Source: Nitrospirota bacterium (GTDB lineage Bacteria; Nitrospirota; UBA9217). From it: a stretch of 64,000 bases of DNA. Every line of letters begins with the position of its first letter. The first letter of the stretch is position 1. A program made the position numbers and the translations under genes. This document shows, piece after piece, positions 1-10,047 of the stretch. Below the pieces are notes generated by a model. It worked only from the letters and a program-made list of their open reading frames with translations, was not told the DNA's origin and did no database searches. The stretch covers positions 64,001 through 128,000 of the forward strand of contig CAWFSF010000001.1 in the NCBI GenBank assembly GCA_963818475.1, in the 5' to 3' direction.

Positions 1-665
1 TGTCAGGCGTCAAGGACCGGGATATCGTGCTGGCTCCGACCTTCACGTCGCTCCAGACCGTGGCCGAGACCATCAAGGGAACGAACATGGCCCTCGCGGC
101 CCAGAACCTGTTCTGGGAGGACAAGGGCGCCTTTACCGGCGAGATCTCGGCTGAAATGCTGTTGGATTTGGGATGCAAGTATGTTATTATAGGCCACAGC
201 GAACGGCGGCAGTACTTCGGCGAGACCGATGAGACCGTGAACAAGAAGGTCCGCCAGGCCCTGAACAAGGGGCTGTTGCCCATCGTCTGCGTCGGAGAGC
301 TGCTGAGCGAGCGCGAGGCCGGCAAGGCGAACGACGTGATCGACCGCCAGGTGACGGGCGCGCTCAAGGGCGTGACCGCCGCCGAGATGCAGAAGATCGT
401 CATTGCCTACGAGCCCGTCTGGGCCATCGGCACGGGCAAGACCGCAACACCGGACCAGGCGAACGAGATCCATGCCTTTATCCGCCAGAAGGTGAAGGCG
501 ATGTACACTGCCGAGGTCGCGGAATCGCTCCGCATCCAGTACGGCGGCAGCGTCACCCCGGACAATGTATCGCAGCTCATGGCCATGCCGGATATTGACG
601 GCGCCCTGGTCGGCGGTGCCAGCTTGAAGCCGGAATCGTTCGCAGCGCTGGTGACTTTCAAATAA
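1..665 (+). CDS. tpiA: Triosephosphate isomerase (5' end outside window)
   Basis: Motifs GAFTGEIS, IIGHSERR, AYEPVWAIGTG, YGGSV, DGALVGGASL. Confidence 0.97.
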   Translation, partial: SGVKDRDIVLAPTFTSLQTVAETIKGTNMALAAQNLFWEDKGAFTGEISAEMLLDLGCKYVIIGHSERRQYFGETDETVNKKVRQALNKGLLPIVCVGELLSEREAGKANDVIDRQVTGALKGVTAAEMQKIVIAYEPVWAIGTGKTATPDQANEIHAFIRQKVKAMYTAEVAESLRIQYGGSVTPDNVSQLMAMPDIDGALVGGASLKPESFAALVTFK

Positions 666-712
666 TCAAAGATTCAGGAAATTGTTCGGTTGTTAAAACT
701 AAGGAGGCTTTC

Positions 713-1040
713 ATGGTTACAGCATTACTCACAACACTTCACGTCCTGGTGGCGACCATTCTGATCTTCATGGTCCTGCTCCAGAAGGGCAAGGGAGCGG
801 ACATCGGAGCTGCTTTCGGCGGCGCATCGCAGACCATTTTCGGACCGCGGGGCGCACAGAGCTTCATGGCCAAGATCACGACCGGGGCAGCCGTTATTTT
901 CATGATCACGTCGCTCACCCTCGCAATCAGCTCGTCCAAGAAAAGCTCGGTCATGCAGGGTATGCAGCCGGCAGAGCAATCGATGCCCTCAGCTGCGCCG
1001 CTTCGCTCCGGCACCTGCGCCGGCACCGGCCTCCAAATAG
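713..1040 (+). CDS. secG: Preprotein translocase subunit SecG (one probable indel near 3' end)
   Basis: LLQKGKGADIGAAFGG motif, two TM segments, tpiA-secG synteny, RBS AGGAGG; an alternative frame ends APAPASK-TAG at 1040. Confidence 0.92.
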
Positions 1041-1130
1041 TCGGGGAGCAGAAAGCGTCGATCGTACGTACCTATTCAGGGTAGGCCTTGCCTACCCTTT
1101 TATTTTATGTGCCGTGCATTTGAGACCCCG

Positions 1131-2710
1131 ATGACCAGACTGTACCTTTCCATACTTGCCTCCATGCTGCTCCTTTCAGCCTGCGGCCAGAAGACGGAAC
1201 GGACCCCCAATACCTTCGTCGAAAGCTCCATCGGCGACGCGCGCCGCCTGAACCCCGTTATCGCCAACGATTCGGCATCAGGCACGATCAACGACCAGGT
1301 CTTCACCGGACTCGTGAAATACGACAAGGACATCAAGCTCGATCGGCGACCTCGCCGAAAAATGGACGGTCTCGAACGGCGGCAAGACCATCACCTTCCA
1401 TCTCCGGAAGGGCGTAAAATGGCACGACGGCGTTGAATTCACTGCTGAAGACTGTTTGTTCACCTACAAAAAGTTCATCGACCCCAATGTTGCCACGCCC
1501 TACAGCAGCTCCTACATGGATGTGTCAAAAGCCGAGGTCCTCGGCAAGTACACCTTCCGGGTCACCTACAAGGAGCCCTTCTCTCCTGCCCTCGAAAGCT
1601 GGGCCGTGGGGATCATTCCCAAACATCTGCTCGAAGGCAAGGACATCAACACCGATCCGTTCAACAGGCACCCCATCGGCACCGGCCCCTATAAGTTCAA
1701 GGAATGGATCTCGGGCCAGAAGATCGTGCTCGATGCCAATCCCGATTACTACGAGGGCAGGCCGAACATCGACCAGTTCATCTACCGGATCATCCCCGAC
1801 AGTTCCACCATGTTCCAGGAACTGCTGTCCGGCGGGGTCGATTTCATGGGACTGAACCCGCTCCAGTATTTAAGGAAAAGCGAGACCCGCAGGATCCGCG
1901 AGAACTACCGCAAGTTCCGGTATCCGGCCAATGCGTTTACCTACCTGGGATACAACCTGACGAGCCCCCTGTTCGACAGCATCAGCGTGCGCCAGGCGCT
2001 GTCCTACGCCATCAACCGCCAGAGCATCATCGACGGCATCGTGCTCGGCATCGGCAGACCCTGCACCGGGCCCTACGCGCACGTGTCCTGGGCGTACAAC
2101 CCGAACGCCAGGAGCTATGACTACGACCCCGAGCGCGCACGCCGCATGCTTGCCGAGGCAGGATGGAGCGATCAGAACAACGACGGCATTCTCGAAAAGG
2201 ACGGCAGGCCCTTCCGGTTCACGATCATCACCAACCAGGGGAACAACGAACGCATCAGGACCGCCGAGATCATCCAGCAGAACCTGAAAGCGGTCGGTGT
2301 CGACGCGAACATCAGGGTCATGGAATGGCAGGCCTTTCTGGAGCAGATCGACAAACGGTCCTTTGACGCCATCATCCTGGGCTGGAGCCTGAGCCGCGAT
2401 CCGGACCTCTACGACATCTGGCACTCGAGCAAAACGAAAAAGGGCGAATACAACTTCATCGGGTACAAGAACGCAGAGGTGGACCGTCTTCTGGTGCGAG
2501 GGCCGCCGCACCTTTGACGTCGAAAAGCGCAAAAAGATATACTACCGGATCCACGAGATCCTGGCCGAGGAGCAGCCCTATGCGTTCCTCTACGTGCCGG
2601 ACGCAACCCCGATCGTGCACAAACGGTTCAAGGGCATCGAGCCCGCGCCGCTCGGCATCACCTACAATTTCATCAAGTGGTATGTGCCGAAGGATAGGAT
2701 GGAGTGGTAA
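1131..2710 (+). CDS. Peptide ABC transporter substrate-binding lipoprotein (OppA/AppA-like), frameshifted
   Basis: Lipobox LSAC, LRKGVKWHDG, PIGTGPYKF, VRQALSYAINRQ; split over ORFs 1107-1436, 1456-2517 and a C-terminal frame. Confidence 0.88.
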
Positions 2711-2721
2711 TTCGAGTTTTT

Positions 2722-2828
2722 TTGGGACACGGATTTACACGGAAGGACCGGATAAGGCTTTAACCCTTAAAATATTCTGACCCATTACCTTTTTTATCCG
2801 CCTTTTCCGTGCACATCCGTGTCCAAAA
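2722..2828. repeat. Empty GGACACGGAT-type inverted-repeat element (9-bp periodic arms)
   Basis: Left GGACACGGATTTACACGGAAGGACCGGATAA, right TTATCCGCCTTTTCCGTGCACATCCGTGTCC. Confidence 0.9.
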
Positions 2829-2849
2829 TGATTTTGCCTGTGCTTTCTT

Positions 2850-3833
2850 ATGCCTATAATTCAAGTCCATAATCTATCAAAGCATTTCAAGTCCCTCAAG
2901 GCCGTCGACGACATCTCCTTCACCGTGAACGAAGGCGAGGTCTTCGGGTTTCTCGGACCGAACGGCGCAGGCAAGACCACGACGATCAACATCCTCTGCA
3001 CGCTCCTGTCGCCCACGGCCGGCGCTGCCTCGATCGCGGGATACGACTGCGCCAAGAATCCCGATGAGGTCCGGACCGCCATCGGCATCATCTTTCAGGA
3101 CACGACCCTCGACACCGGCCTCACGGCGTACGAGAACCTGAAGTTCCACGCCTATCTTTATAACCTCGACCGTGCGCTTACGGAGCGCCGGATCGACGAG
3201 ATGCTGGACGTGGTCGAGCTCCAGAGCCGGAAGCACGACCTCATCAAGAACTTTTCGGGCGGCATGAAGCGCAGGCTCGAGATCGCCCGGGGGCTTCTCC
3301 ACTATCCGCGCGTGCTTGTTCCTGGACGAACCGACCATCGGCCTGGATCCGCAGACACGGAACACCATCTGGGACTTCATCAACACGCTCAGGAAAAAAG
3401 AAAAGATCACCGTGTTCATGACCACGCATTACATGGAGGAGGCGGAGAACTGCGACCGCATCGCCATCATGGACCACGGCAGGATCATTGCCATGGACAC
3501 GCCTGCCCGGCTCAAGGAAATGGTGCATGGCGATGTGATCACGCTCGTGACCTCGGACAACGAACTGGCCGGCAGGAGATCCAAAAGACCTTCGGCATGG
3601 AAGCCCGGGTGGAGAACGGCACGCTGTCGCTGGAGGCTGAAAAAGGCGATGAGCTCATTCCCAGGCTGATTCACGGGCTGTCCGTCACAACCCTCTCCGT
3701 GGGGCTCAAAAAACCGACGTTGAACGACGTCTTTCTCAGGCTCACGGGCAGGACCATCAGGGACGAAGGACCCCGGGACAACAAAGAGGTCACCAGGGAA
3801 TTCGTCCGCAGCCACCGGAGGGCCCAGCGATGA
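2850..3833 (+). CDS. ABC-2 exporter ATP-binding protein (DrrA-like), internal frameshifts
   Basis: Walker A GPNGAGKTT, signature FSGGMKRRLEIARGL, Walker B FLDEPT in the alternative frame 3316-3669. Confidence 0.9.
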   Translation: MPIIQVHNLSKHFKSLKAVDDISFTVNEGEVFGFLGPNGAGKTTTINILCTLLSPTAGAASIAGYDCAKNPDEVRTAIGIIFQDTTLDTGLTAYENLKFHAYLYNLDRALTERRIDEMLDVVELQSRKHDLIKNFSGGMKRRLEIARGLLHYPRVLVPGRTDHRPGSADTEHHLGLHQHAQEKRKDHRVHDHALHGGGGELRPHRHHGPRQDHCHGHACPAQGNGAWRCDHARDLGQRTGRQEIQKTFGMEARVENGTLSLEAEKGDELIPRLIHGLSVTTLSVGLKKPTLNDVFLRLTGRTIRDEGPRDNKEVTREFVRSHRRAQR

Positions 3834-4599
3834 TCCAGTGGCGCCCGATCTACGTCATCTGTTTGCGGGAGTTCAAAAAGTTCTTCCGCGAAAAAAGCCG
3901 CCTCCTCGGCACCCTGGCCCGGCCCGTGCTCTGGCTCTTCGTGGTCGGCAACGGCATGAACTCGCTCATCAGGCCCCAGGCGGGGTTTTCCTATCTTCAG
4001 TTCATCTTCCCCGGCATGATCGGCATGACCATCCTCTTCTCGTCGATCTTCTCGTCCATCTCGATCGTCTGGGACCGGGAATTCGGGTTCATGAAGGAAA
4101 TGCTCGTGGCGCCCATCTCGCGCCTGTCGATCGTCATCGGCAAGGCCATCTCGGGCACGCTGATCTCCGTGGCCCAGGCGGTCATCATCCTGGTCCTCAT
4201 CCCCTTTCTCGGCATTCATCTGACCGTCCTGCAGTTCATCGAGGTCGTGGCCGTGGCCCTGCTCGTCTCGTTCTGCATCACCTCCTGGGCATCCTGATCG
4301 CCGCGCGGCTCACCTCCTTTGACGGCTTCAACATCATCATGAACTTTCTCGTCATGCCCATGCTCTTCCTGTCCGGCGCCATGTACCCGGTCATCGTCCA
4401 TGCCGCCTGCGCTCCGGCACCTGACCCATGATCAATCCGCTCACCTACGGCATCGACGCCTTCAAGCACGTCCTGCTCCGGAACGGTGCTCCGCCGCTCG
4501 GCCCGGAGTTTCCGCTCGCTCTCGACCTGTTGATCGTGACGGCGGTTTCGATCGTGCATGCTCACGCTTGCTGCGTTTTCGTTCAGAAGAAAGGAATGA
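3830..4599 (+). CDS. ABC-2 exporter permease (DrrB-like), frameshifted
   Basis: WDREFGFMKEMLVAP, FLSGAMYP, NPLTYGIDA; hydrophobic; overlaps ATPase stop. Confidence 0.88.
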
Positions 4600-5071
4600 T
4601 CATGTCCCAATAATTGACAAAGGCAAATGATATGACGATAGCGATCTTGTTTATATCTCTCTCGAAGGACGATATAAGCCTAGCATCAATGCCGTTTCCA
4701 ATCCTACCATGAAAAAGTTATTTCGCTTGACAACTGCCCCCCATGCTATATTCGCCAAGTTATTGAACTTTCAAATTAAAAAATAATGAATGCTATCGGT
4801 TTGCTGTTTGATTTGGCCGCCGGTGATCTTTGCTCTCAAGGAACACTCACAGCAAGGCATTTTACACGATGATATTGTAAGGCTGTGGTTCGCACGACCC
4901 TGGTTTATGTGATGAATCACGGCCTTTTTATTTGCCTCGCGCGGAAAGCCCGTCCAGAGTCTGCACTTTTCTGTCCGTGGTCGCCCGTGCAGTTTATTAA
5001 TGCTGACCGTTTATTGACTTTCGATAAAATAAGTAATACTATGTGTTAGTATTACCTCCGGAGGGACGCCA

Positions 5072-5152
5072 TTGTTCATCAAGGAATTTGAATGGGACGA
5101 GGGCAATGTCGTGCATATTGAGCGTGGTCATGGCGTAAAGCCCGACATATAG
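5072..5152 (+). pseudogene. Truncated BrnT-like toxin N-terminus
   Basis: RBS GGAGG, then TTG-FIKEFEWDEGNVVHIERGHGVKP-stop, resembling the BrnT start motif EFEWD...HGV. Confidence 0.55.
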
Positions 5153-5225
5153 GCTCGTTGAAAATGGCTACTTTTGGTACGATACATTTTGAAAACCAGT
5201 AGCTTATCGTGGTCTGACCCGTACC

Positions 5226-5398
5226 CAGGAGATTAATTTACGGTCCCGATCGCTGCCGAAGACGCGGGCGAGTACGTGCCGACCGTGAACATTCCCGAGC
5301 TTATTGCAACGCTCAAAAGCAGATGCGCGCGTCGGCATGAGCACAGGACTTCGAAACTGCCGCAAAACTGCGTGACAAGATCAGTCTCTGAAACAGAA
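5226..5398 (+). pseudogene. Orphan diverged copy of the uvrB 3' end
   Basis: Translates [19 protein letters not shown]...QMRA...DFETAAKLRDKI, matching the UvrB C-terminus encoded at ~58700-58870 (-). Confidence 0.85.
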
Positions 5399-5429
5399 CG
5401 GCCATATGCGTGAAGGTTGGAGTGATGAA

Positions 5430-6002
5430 ATGAGGCTTCTCATCGTATTGATCGCAATCGTTCTTCTTACCGGAACTTCCTTTTCGCGGAACAGCGCATG
5501 GCAGACTGATGCACTACTCTGGGGAGATGCACTGTTAAAGTCGCCGATGAAATCACGAGTGCACCATAATTTAGGGATGGACTACAGCACCCGGGAAATG
5601 CTGGATCAAGCCGCGGAGCACTATTTGATAGCGATAAGGTTAAAGCCTGATTTTGCCGACAGTCATAAAAATCTCGGTAACGTTTATCTTGCTCTAAAGA
5701 GGATTGATGAGGCTAGGCATGAATTTGAATTAGCCCTTCAACTCAACCCTACCCTGACCTTCGTGAATTTCATCCTGGGCGAAATATATTCGGGCAGTGG
5801 CCGGCTACAGGAAGCGGAGAAACACTACCTCGCAGCCCTCAAACTCAAGCCATCCTCGCCCTATATCCATAACAGTCTCGGTTTACTCTATGAGAAACAG
5901 CAGAGGCCCAATGCCGCCATCAGGGAGTTTGAAACAGCGGTAGCAATCTTCCCTGATTATCGTGAAGCAATAGAAAATTTTCACCGAGTTCGAGGAAAAT
6001 AG
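5430..6002 (+). CDS. TPR protein resembling the C-terminal half of a TMTC-like protein
   Basis: RNSAWQTDALLWGDALLKSP followed by about 4 TPR repeats; parallels RNNVWKSELALWQDTVHKSP in 10048-11793. Confidence 0.75.
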   Translation: MRLLIVLIAIVLLTGTSFSRNSAWQTDALLWGDALLKSPMKSRVHHNLGMDYSTREMLDQAAEHYLIAIRLKPDFADSHKNLGNVYLALKRIDEARHEFELALQLNPTLTFVNFILGEIYSGSGRLQEAEKHYLAALKLKPSSPYIHNSLGLLYEKQQRPNAAIREFETAVAIFPDYREAIENFHRVRGK

Positions 6003-6004
6003 TA

Positions 6005-6122
6005 CTAGTACACCGTCAACTTAATTGTTGATGGCTTCACACCGTCATTCTGGCTTAAATCGTGCCGGGTTGACGAGAAAAATGGCACAATACCATCAAA
6101 AACTACATTTACGGTGTACTAG
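6005..6122. mobile_element. MITE-like element with 30-bp imperfect inverted repeats bounded by CTAG
   Basis: CTAGTACACCGTCAACTTAATTGTTGATGG ... CCATCAAAAACTACATTTACGGTGTACTAG. Confidence 0.65.
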
Positions 6123-6171
6123 CTAGTTATTTCGTGCAGAACAAAAATCCCCGTGCCCTTAACAATAGCCC

Positions 6172-6803
6172 ATGCGTAAACTGAACGGCGTGTATACCTA
6201 GCTCTTCAACAAATGGCAGGCAGGACCGGTCATCTATTCCAGGGTAGGTACAAGCCCATCCTCATCGAGAAGACAGCCATCTTCTTGAACTATGCAGGTA
6301 CGTGGTACTGAATCCCATGCGCGCAAAGATGATCGAAAAACCGAACGGAAATGGTCCAGCTATCTCGCAACCGCAGGGAAGGCCAAACCCATCCGAGCCT
6401 GACGACAATTGGGTGTTGGAACAATTTAGCCGGAAACGAGGCAAGGCGGAGCAGGAGTATCGGCAGTTTGTCCCTTGGGGGATAGGCAGAAGACCATCTG
6501 GACCGAAGTGCGTGGACAGTCGCTCTTAAGGGAACAGCTTTATAGTTAAACTTACCGATCACCTCAAGAAGCACAAGGACATCCCCGAGATACCACGGAG
6601 CCGCGATATGCGTCGAGGCCGTCGCTTGCGGTTCTGTTGCCTGAGGGATTGCGCAGAACCAGAAGAGACTCAAGAGGCGATTATCTGAAGGGGTGGAACA
6701 ATATGGCTATCGCCAAAGCGAGCTTGCCCGTCATGTAGCGGTGCACTACTCGACAGTCAGCCGTTGGCTTCGCGAGCATGAAAATACACGGAGAAAGACT
6801 TGA
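6172..6803 (+). pseudogene. Decayed Y1 (IS200/RAYT-like) tyrosine transposase with C-terminal HTH; 5' part missing
   Basis: Across frames: MRKLNGVYT*LFN, GHLFQGRYKPILIE, LELCRYVVLNPMRA, WSSY, ELARHVAVHYSTVSRW; has an in-frame stop and several indels. Confidence 0.8.
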
Positions 6804-7410
6804 CCTAACGACCACCCGGCAATGGTAAACAAATTGATAACCGCATAAACTGTGGCGAGAAAATTTCACTTTCTCGCCACAGGATGGGCTTTTTCATTTG
6901 ACGGGCGCCTTCAAATTGGTGACCCTTTTTTAATTTTTTCTTGACAATTAAAATGCCACTATGTTACAGTCACATCTGATAAAAAGATTTCTCTCCATCT
7001 GCTATCCGGGAACGAATCTATACCTTCGCATTTCAGAATTCCTACGCATCCGCCTCCGCGCCTCTAATAGGACAGCATTACTTACTACATTCAAATTTTC
7101 ATACTTCTCTATTGTGATAGCACAACGAAGCCTTCACGGTCCGCAGGGGCCGACCAGTTACGTATTGAAATGTGAATCGCGTGACGCTCGGAACGCGCTT
7201 TTTGCGTTGTGCGAAATACACATAAACTCGTGAGCTGAAAAAACGAATGGACGGTTTGATGAGGGAGAGCTGGTCAAGTGAAACGTTCTACCCTATTTAA
7301 CAAGCAGGTGACAATTTCCGCGGCAAGCAAATATAGCACCAGGTTCGCTAGGCTGCGACTTTCAGAGGCTATCAGAACAGACCGATACAAATAAAGCCAG
7401 GAGGTATGGA

Positions 7411-9066
7411 ATGATCATGAAGAAGCTAGCAGTAGTGTTCACCGCAATCAGTTTGATGTTCGTTTCAATCACAGCCACGATGGTTTATGCCGCGCCAGCC
7501 GAGTTACCTAAAACCGGCCAGACAACGGTATATTCCGCAGGCGATGATGGAAGTCTCCAGATCGGCGCTGCCTGGCCCAGTCCACGGTTCATTGTGGCAA
7601 GCAGCGGCACCGGTACTGTGGTCACAGATGGGCTAACCGGCTTGATGTGGCCCCAAGACGGCGGCGGCGCTGGCTATCGGCCCTGGCAGAGCGCGCTTGA
7701 TTATGTCGCGGATTTGAATACAAATAATTACCTCGGCCACAACGACTGGCGGCTGCCTGATTTGAACGAGCTTGACAGCCTGTTAAATCAAAGTGAGCCG
7801 GATACCGCCGTCTGGCTGAATTCACAGGGATTTACTAACGTACATGCTAACGCGGCCTATTGGTCGTCCACTACGAATGGACTCAACACAACGACCGCAT
7901 GGGTATTTAATGTGTCCTACGGCTCCTGGTGGACGGCCGATAAGGTTAATAATGGTGCACATACCTGGCCTGTACGAGGCGGACATAATGAATACCCTTC
8001 AATCATCAATTTGCCGAAAACCGGGCAAACGACGGTTTATGCAGCGGGAGATAACGGCGATTTGCAAAAAGGCATTGCCTGGCCGAGTCCGCGGTTTACT
8101 CCGATAAGCGCGGTCAGCGGTACAGTGATGGCTGACCAGCTGACGGGACTTGTATGGAGCCAGGACGGCAACACCCCCGGCCCAGGTGTCTGCGGACCGG
8201 CTACAACCAAAACCTGGCAGGAAGCTCTGAACTACGTGGCCTGTCTTAATACGAACAGCTATCTTGGTTATGATGATTGGCGTTTGCCGAACAGGAGAGA
8301 GATTCGAAGTCTCGTAAACTATGGCGAATCAAATGTCGCCGCATGGCTAAACTCTCAGGGATTTACAAACGCACAGGCCGACATGTATTGGTCGTCCTCT
8401 ACGTATGCTTCTAGCTCGTTCGCACCGATTGTTAATATGAGTGATGGCTATATGACCATTAGCCAATACAGTGGCTCTTTCAACGTGTGGCCTATGCGAG
8501 GCGGGCAGTCTGAATCATTTGCTTATTTGACCATTTCGAAATCCGGCGCAGGCACAGGAACCGTCATTGCGGACAAAGGATTCATACTATGGTCCGGTGT
8601 TACGGGTACAGCTTCTTATGGTACGGCCATGACCGTGAATATCACAGCTGTGCCGGACCCGGGATGGGCTTTCGACGGCTGGTCTGGTGACTGCACGGGC
8701 ACAAGCACGTGCCAGGTGACCATGAATACTAGTCATTCCGTCACTGCTATCTTTGGCGTTCAACATACAATTACGGTAACAACACCGAATGGAGGCGAGA
8801 ATTGGACCAGGGGAACCACGCAAACCATAATGTGGTCATATACAGGCAATATTGGTTCCAGTGTGATGATTGAACTTCTGAAGGGAGGAGTGCTCGAAAG
8901 AACGATAGCATCGAGTACTTCGGTGGGGAGTAACGGTTACGGCTCATTCGCATGGACAATTACGAACGGGCAAACGGTGGGAAGCGATTATACGATTAGG
9001 GTTACAAGTATTTCTGAACTTACAACCACTGATAGCAGCGACGGGAATTTTACGATTTCAAAGTAG
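7411..9066 (+). CDS. Secreted protein with two DUF1566 (Lcl-type C-type-lectin-like) domains plus InlB-B-like and Ser/Thr-rich Ig-like C-terminal domains
   Basis: Signal peptide; twice LPKTGQT...D..TGL.W...DWRLP...YWSS...WP.RGG; FDGWSGDC; ITVTTPNGGENW. Confidence 0.85.
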   Translation: MIMKKLAVVFTAISLMFVSITATMVYAAPAELPKTGQTTVYSAGDDGSLQIGAAWPSPRFIVASSGTGTVVTDGLTGLMWPQDGGGAGYRPWQSALDYVADLNTNNYLGHNDWRLPDLNELDSLLNQSEPDTAVWLNSQGFTNVHANAAYWSSTTNGLNTTTAWVFNVSYGSWWTADKVNNGAHTWPVRGGHNEYPSIINLPKTGQTTVYAAGDNGDLQKGIAWPSPRFTPISAVSGTVMADQLTGLVWSQDGNTPGPGVCGPATTKTWQEALNYVACLNTNSYLGYDDWRLPNRREIRSLVNYGESNVAAWLNSQGFTNAQADMYWSSSTYASSSFAPIVNMSDGYMTISQYSGSFNVWPMRGGQSESFAYLTISKSGAGTGTVIADKGFILWSGVTGTASYGTAMTVNITAVPDPGWAFDGWSGDCTGTSTCQVTMNTSHSVTAIFGVQHTITVTTPNGGENWTRGTTQTIMWSYTGNIGSSVMIELLKGGVLERTIASSTSVGSNGYGSFAWTITNGQTVGSDYTIRVTSISELTTTDSSDGNFTISK

Positions 9067-9144
9067 CCCGTAAGTTGGGGGTAAGCGAGCGCAATTAATG
9101 GCATTTGCCGGGTCCGTGACGCTCTGATAATCTCAAACTTGATA

Positions 9145-9183
9145 GACAGAAAAGGGGCAGATAGTTATCTGCCCCTTTTCTGT
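9145..9183. terminator. Intrinsic terminator hairpin
   Basis: ACAGAAAAGGGGCAGATA-gt-TATCTGCCCCTTTTCTGT followed by a T run. Confidence 0.8.
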
Positions 9184-9289
9184 TTTTCTGTCTTCCGCTG
9201 GTTTAAAGGAGATCCTTAGTGCTAAGTTAACAGTTTAGCCCTTTTAAAATGATAGAGCCAGACAGCGGATAGAAAACACAGCTCCTGTC

Positions 9290-9796
9290 TTGCAGTACAC
9301 TCCCTTAAATGGACAACCGCCGCATTTGGCTGTTAGTTTGAACCACACGTTCTACGACGCATACAACAGCCTGGGCGTGCTCTATTTTCAGCGCGGCGAT
9401 TACGATCAAGCATTAGATAGTTATGCAAAGTCCATTATTTCGAATCCCAATTTTTCACCAGCCTATAACAATCGCGGAATCATTTATTCCGGAAGAAAGC
9501 AGTATGAGGCTGCCGCCGGAGAGTATCGAACGGCCGTGGCGCTAGACCCGTTTTTTGTCGAAGCATACAACAATCTGGGAAATGCATACGATCTGATGGG
9601 AAAGACAGACCTTGCCATGGAAGAATATAATAACGCGCTCATGATAAATTCAAACTATGCAGATGCATATTTTAACAGGGGCCTGGTTTATTCACGAATG
9701 AATAAAGCCGGCCAAGCACAGCTCGATTTTCAAAGGGCGTGTGTTCTGGGATCTGCTAATGCTTGCCTGGCTTTAGAAAAAATCGTGATCCCCTAA
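9290..9796 (+). CDS. TPR-repeat protein, probably a 5'-truncated fragment
   Basis: AYNSLG/AYNNRG/AYNNLG/AYFNRG TPR units ending ACVLG; weak TTG start. Confidence 0.6.
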   Translation: MQYTPLNGQPPHLAVSLNHTFYDAYNSLGVLYFQRGDYDQALDSYAKSIISNPNFSPAYNNRGIIYSGRKQYEAAAGEYRTAVALDPFFVEAYNNLGNAYDLMGKTDLAMEEYNNALMINSNYADAYFNRGLVYSRMNKAGQAQLDFQRACVLGSANACLALEKIVIP

Positions 9797-9846
9797 CGTA
9801 GTCGTTGGATTGAATAAGACCAACAAGGATCAGAGGGTAGAGTAGT

Positions 9847-9990
9847 GATGCATTCGTAAAAAGTCTTTTAAGCGCTCTTTGCGAGCGTAGCGAGGCAATC
9901 TCGTAGTTCGTATCTATCTGTTAAGACGAGATTGCCGCGTCGCTCCGCGCCTCGCAATGACAGCACGGGAGACTTCTTTACGAATTCATC
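9847..9990. mobile_element. MITE with ~19-bp TIRs and AGTAGT target duplication, enclosing a REP-like palindrome pair
   Basis: TIRs GATGCATTCGTAAAAAGTC / GACTTCTTTACGAATTCATC; AGTAGT at 9841-9846 and 9991-9996; inner TTGCGAG..GCAATCTCGT / ACGAGATTGC..CTCGCAATGAC. Confidence 0.75.
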
Positions 9991-10047
9991 AGTAGTACAC
10001 GTTTTATCTGAATAGTTGTCCGTTTTTTAGACTTACTATATGAAGGG

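Noticed and set aside
6941-7410. Riboswitch in the long leader of the DUF1566 gene
   Set aside because: A TTGACA...TACAGT promoter-like signal is present, but I could not match a known riboswitch consensus by eye; needs an Rfam scan.
7411-9066. Complete diversity-generating retroelement
   Set aside because: No reverse transcriptase, Avd or adenine-specific template repeat found in the window.
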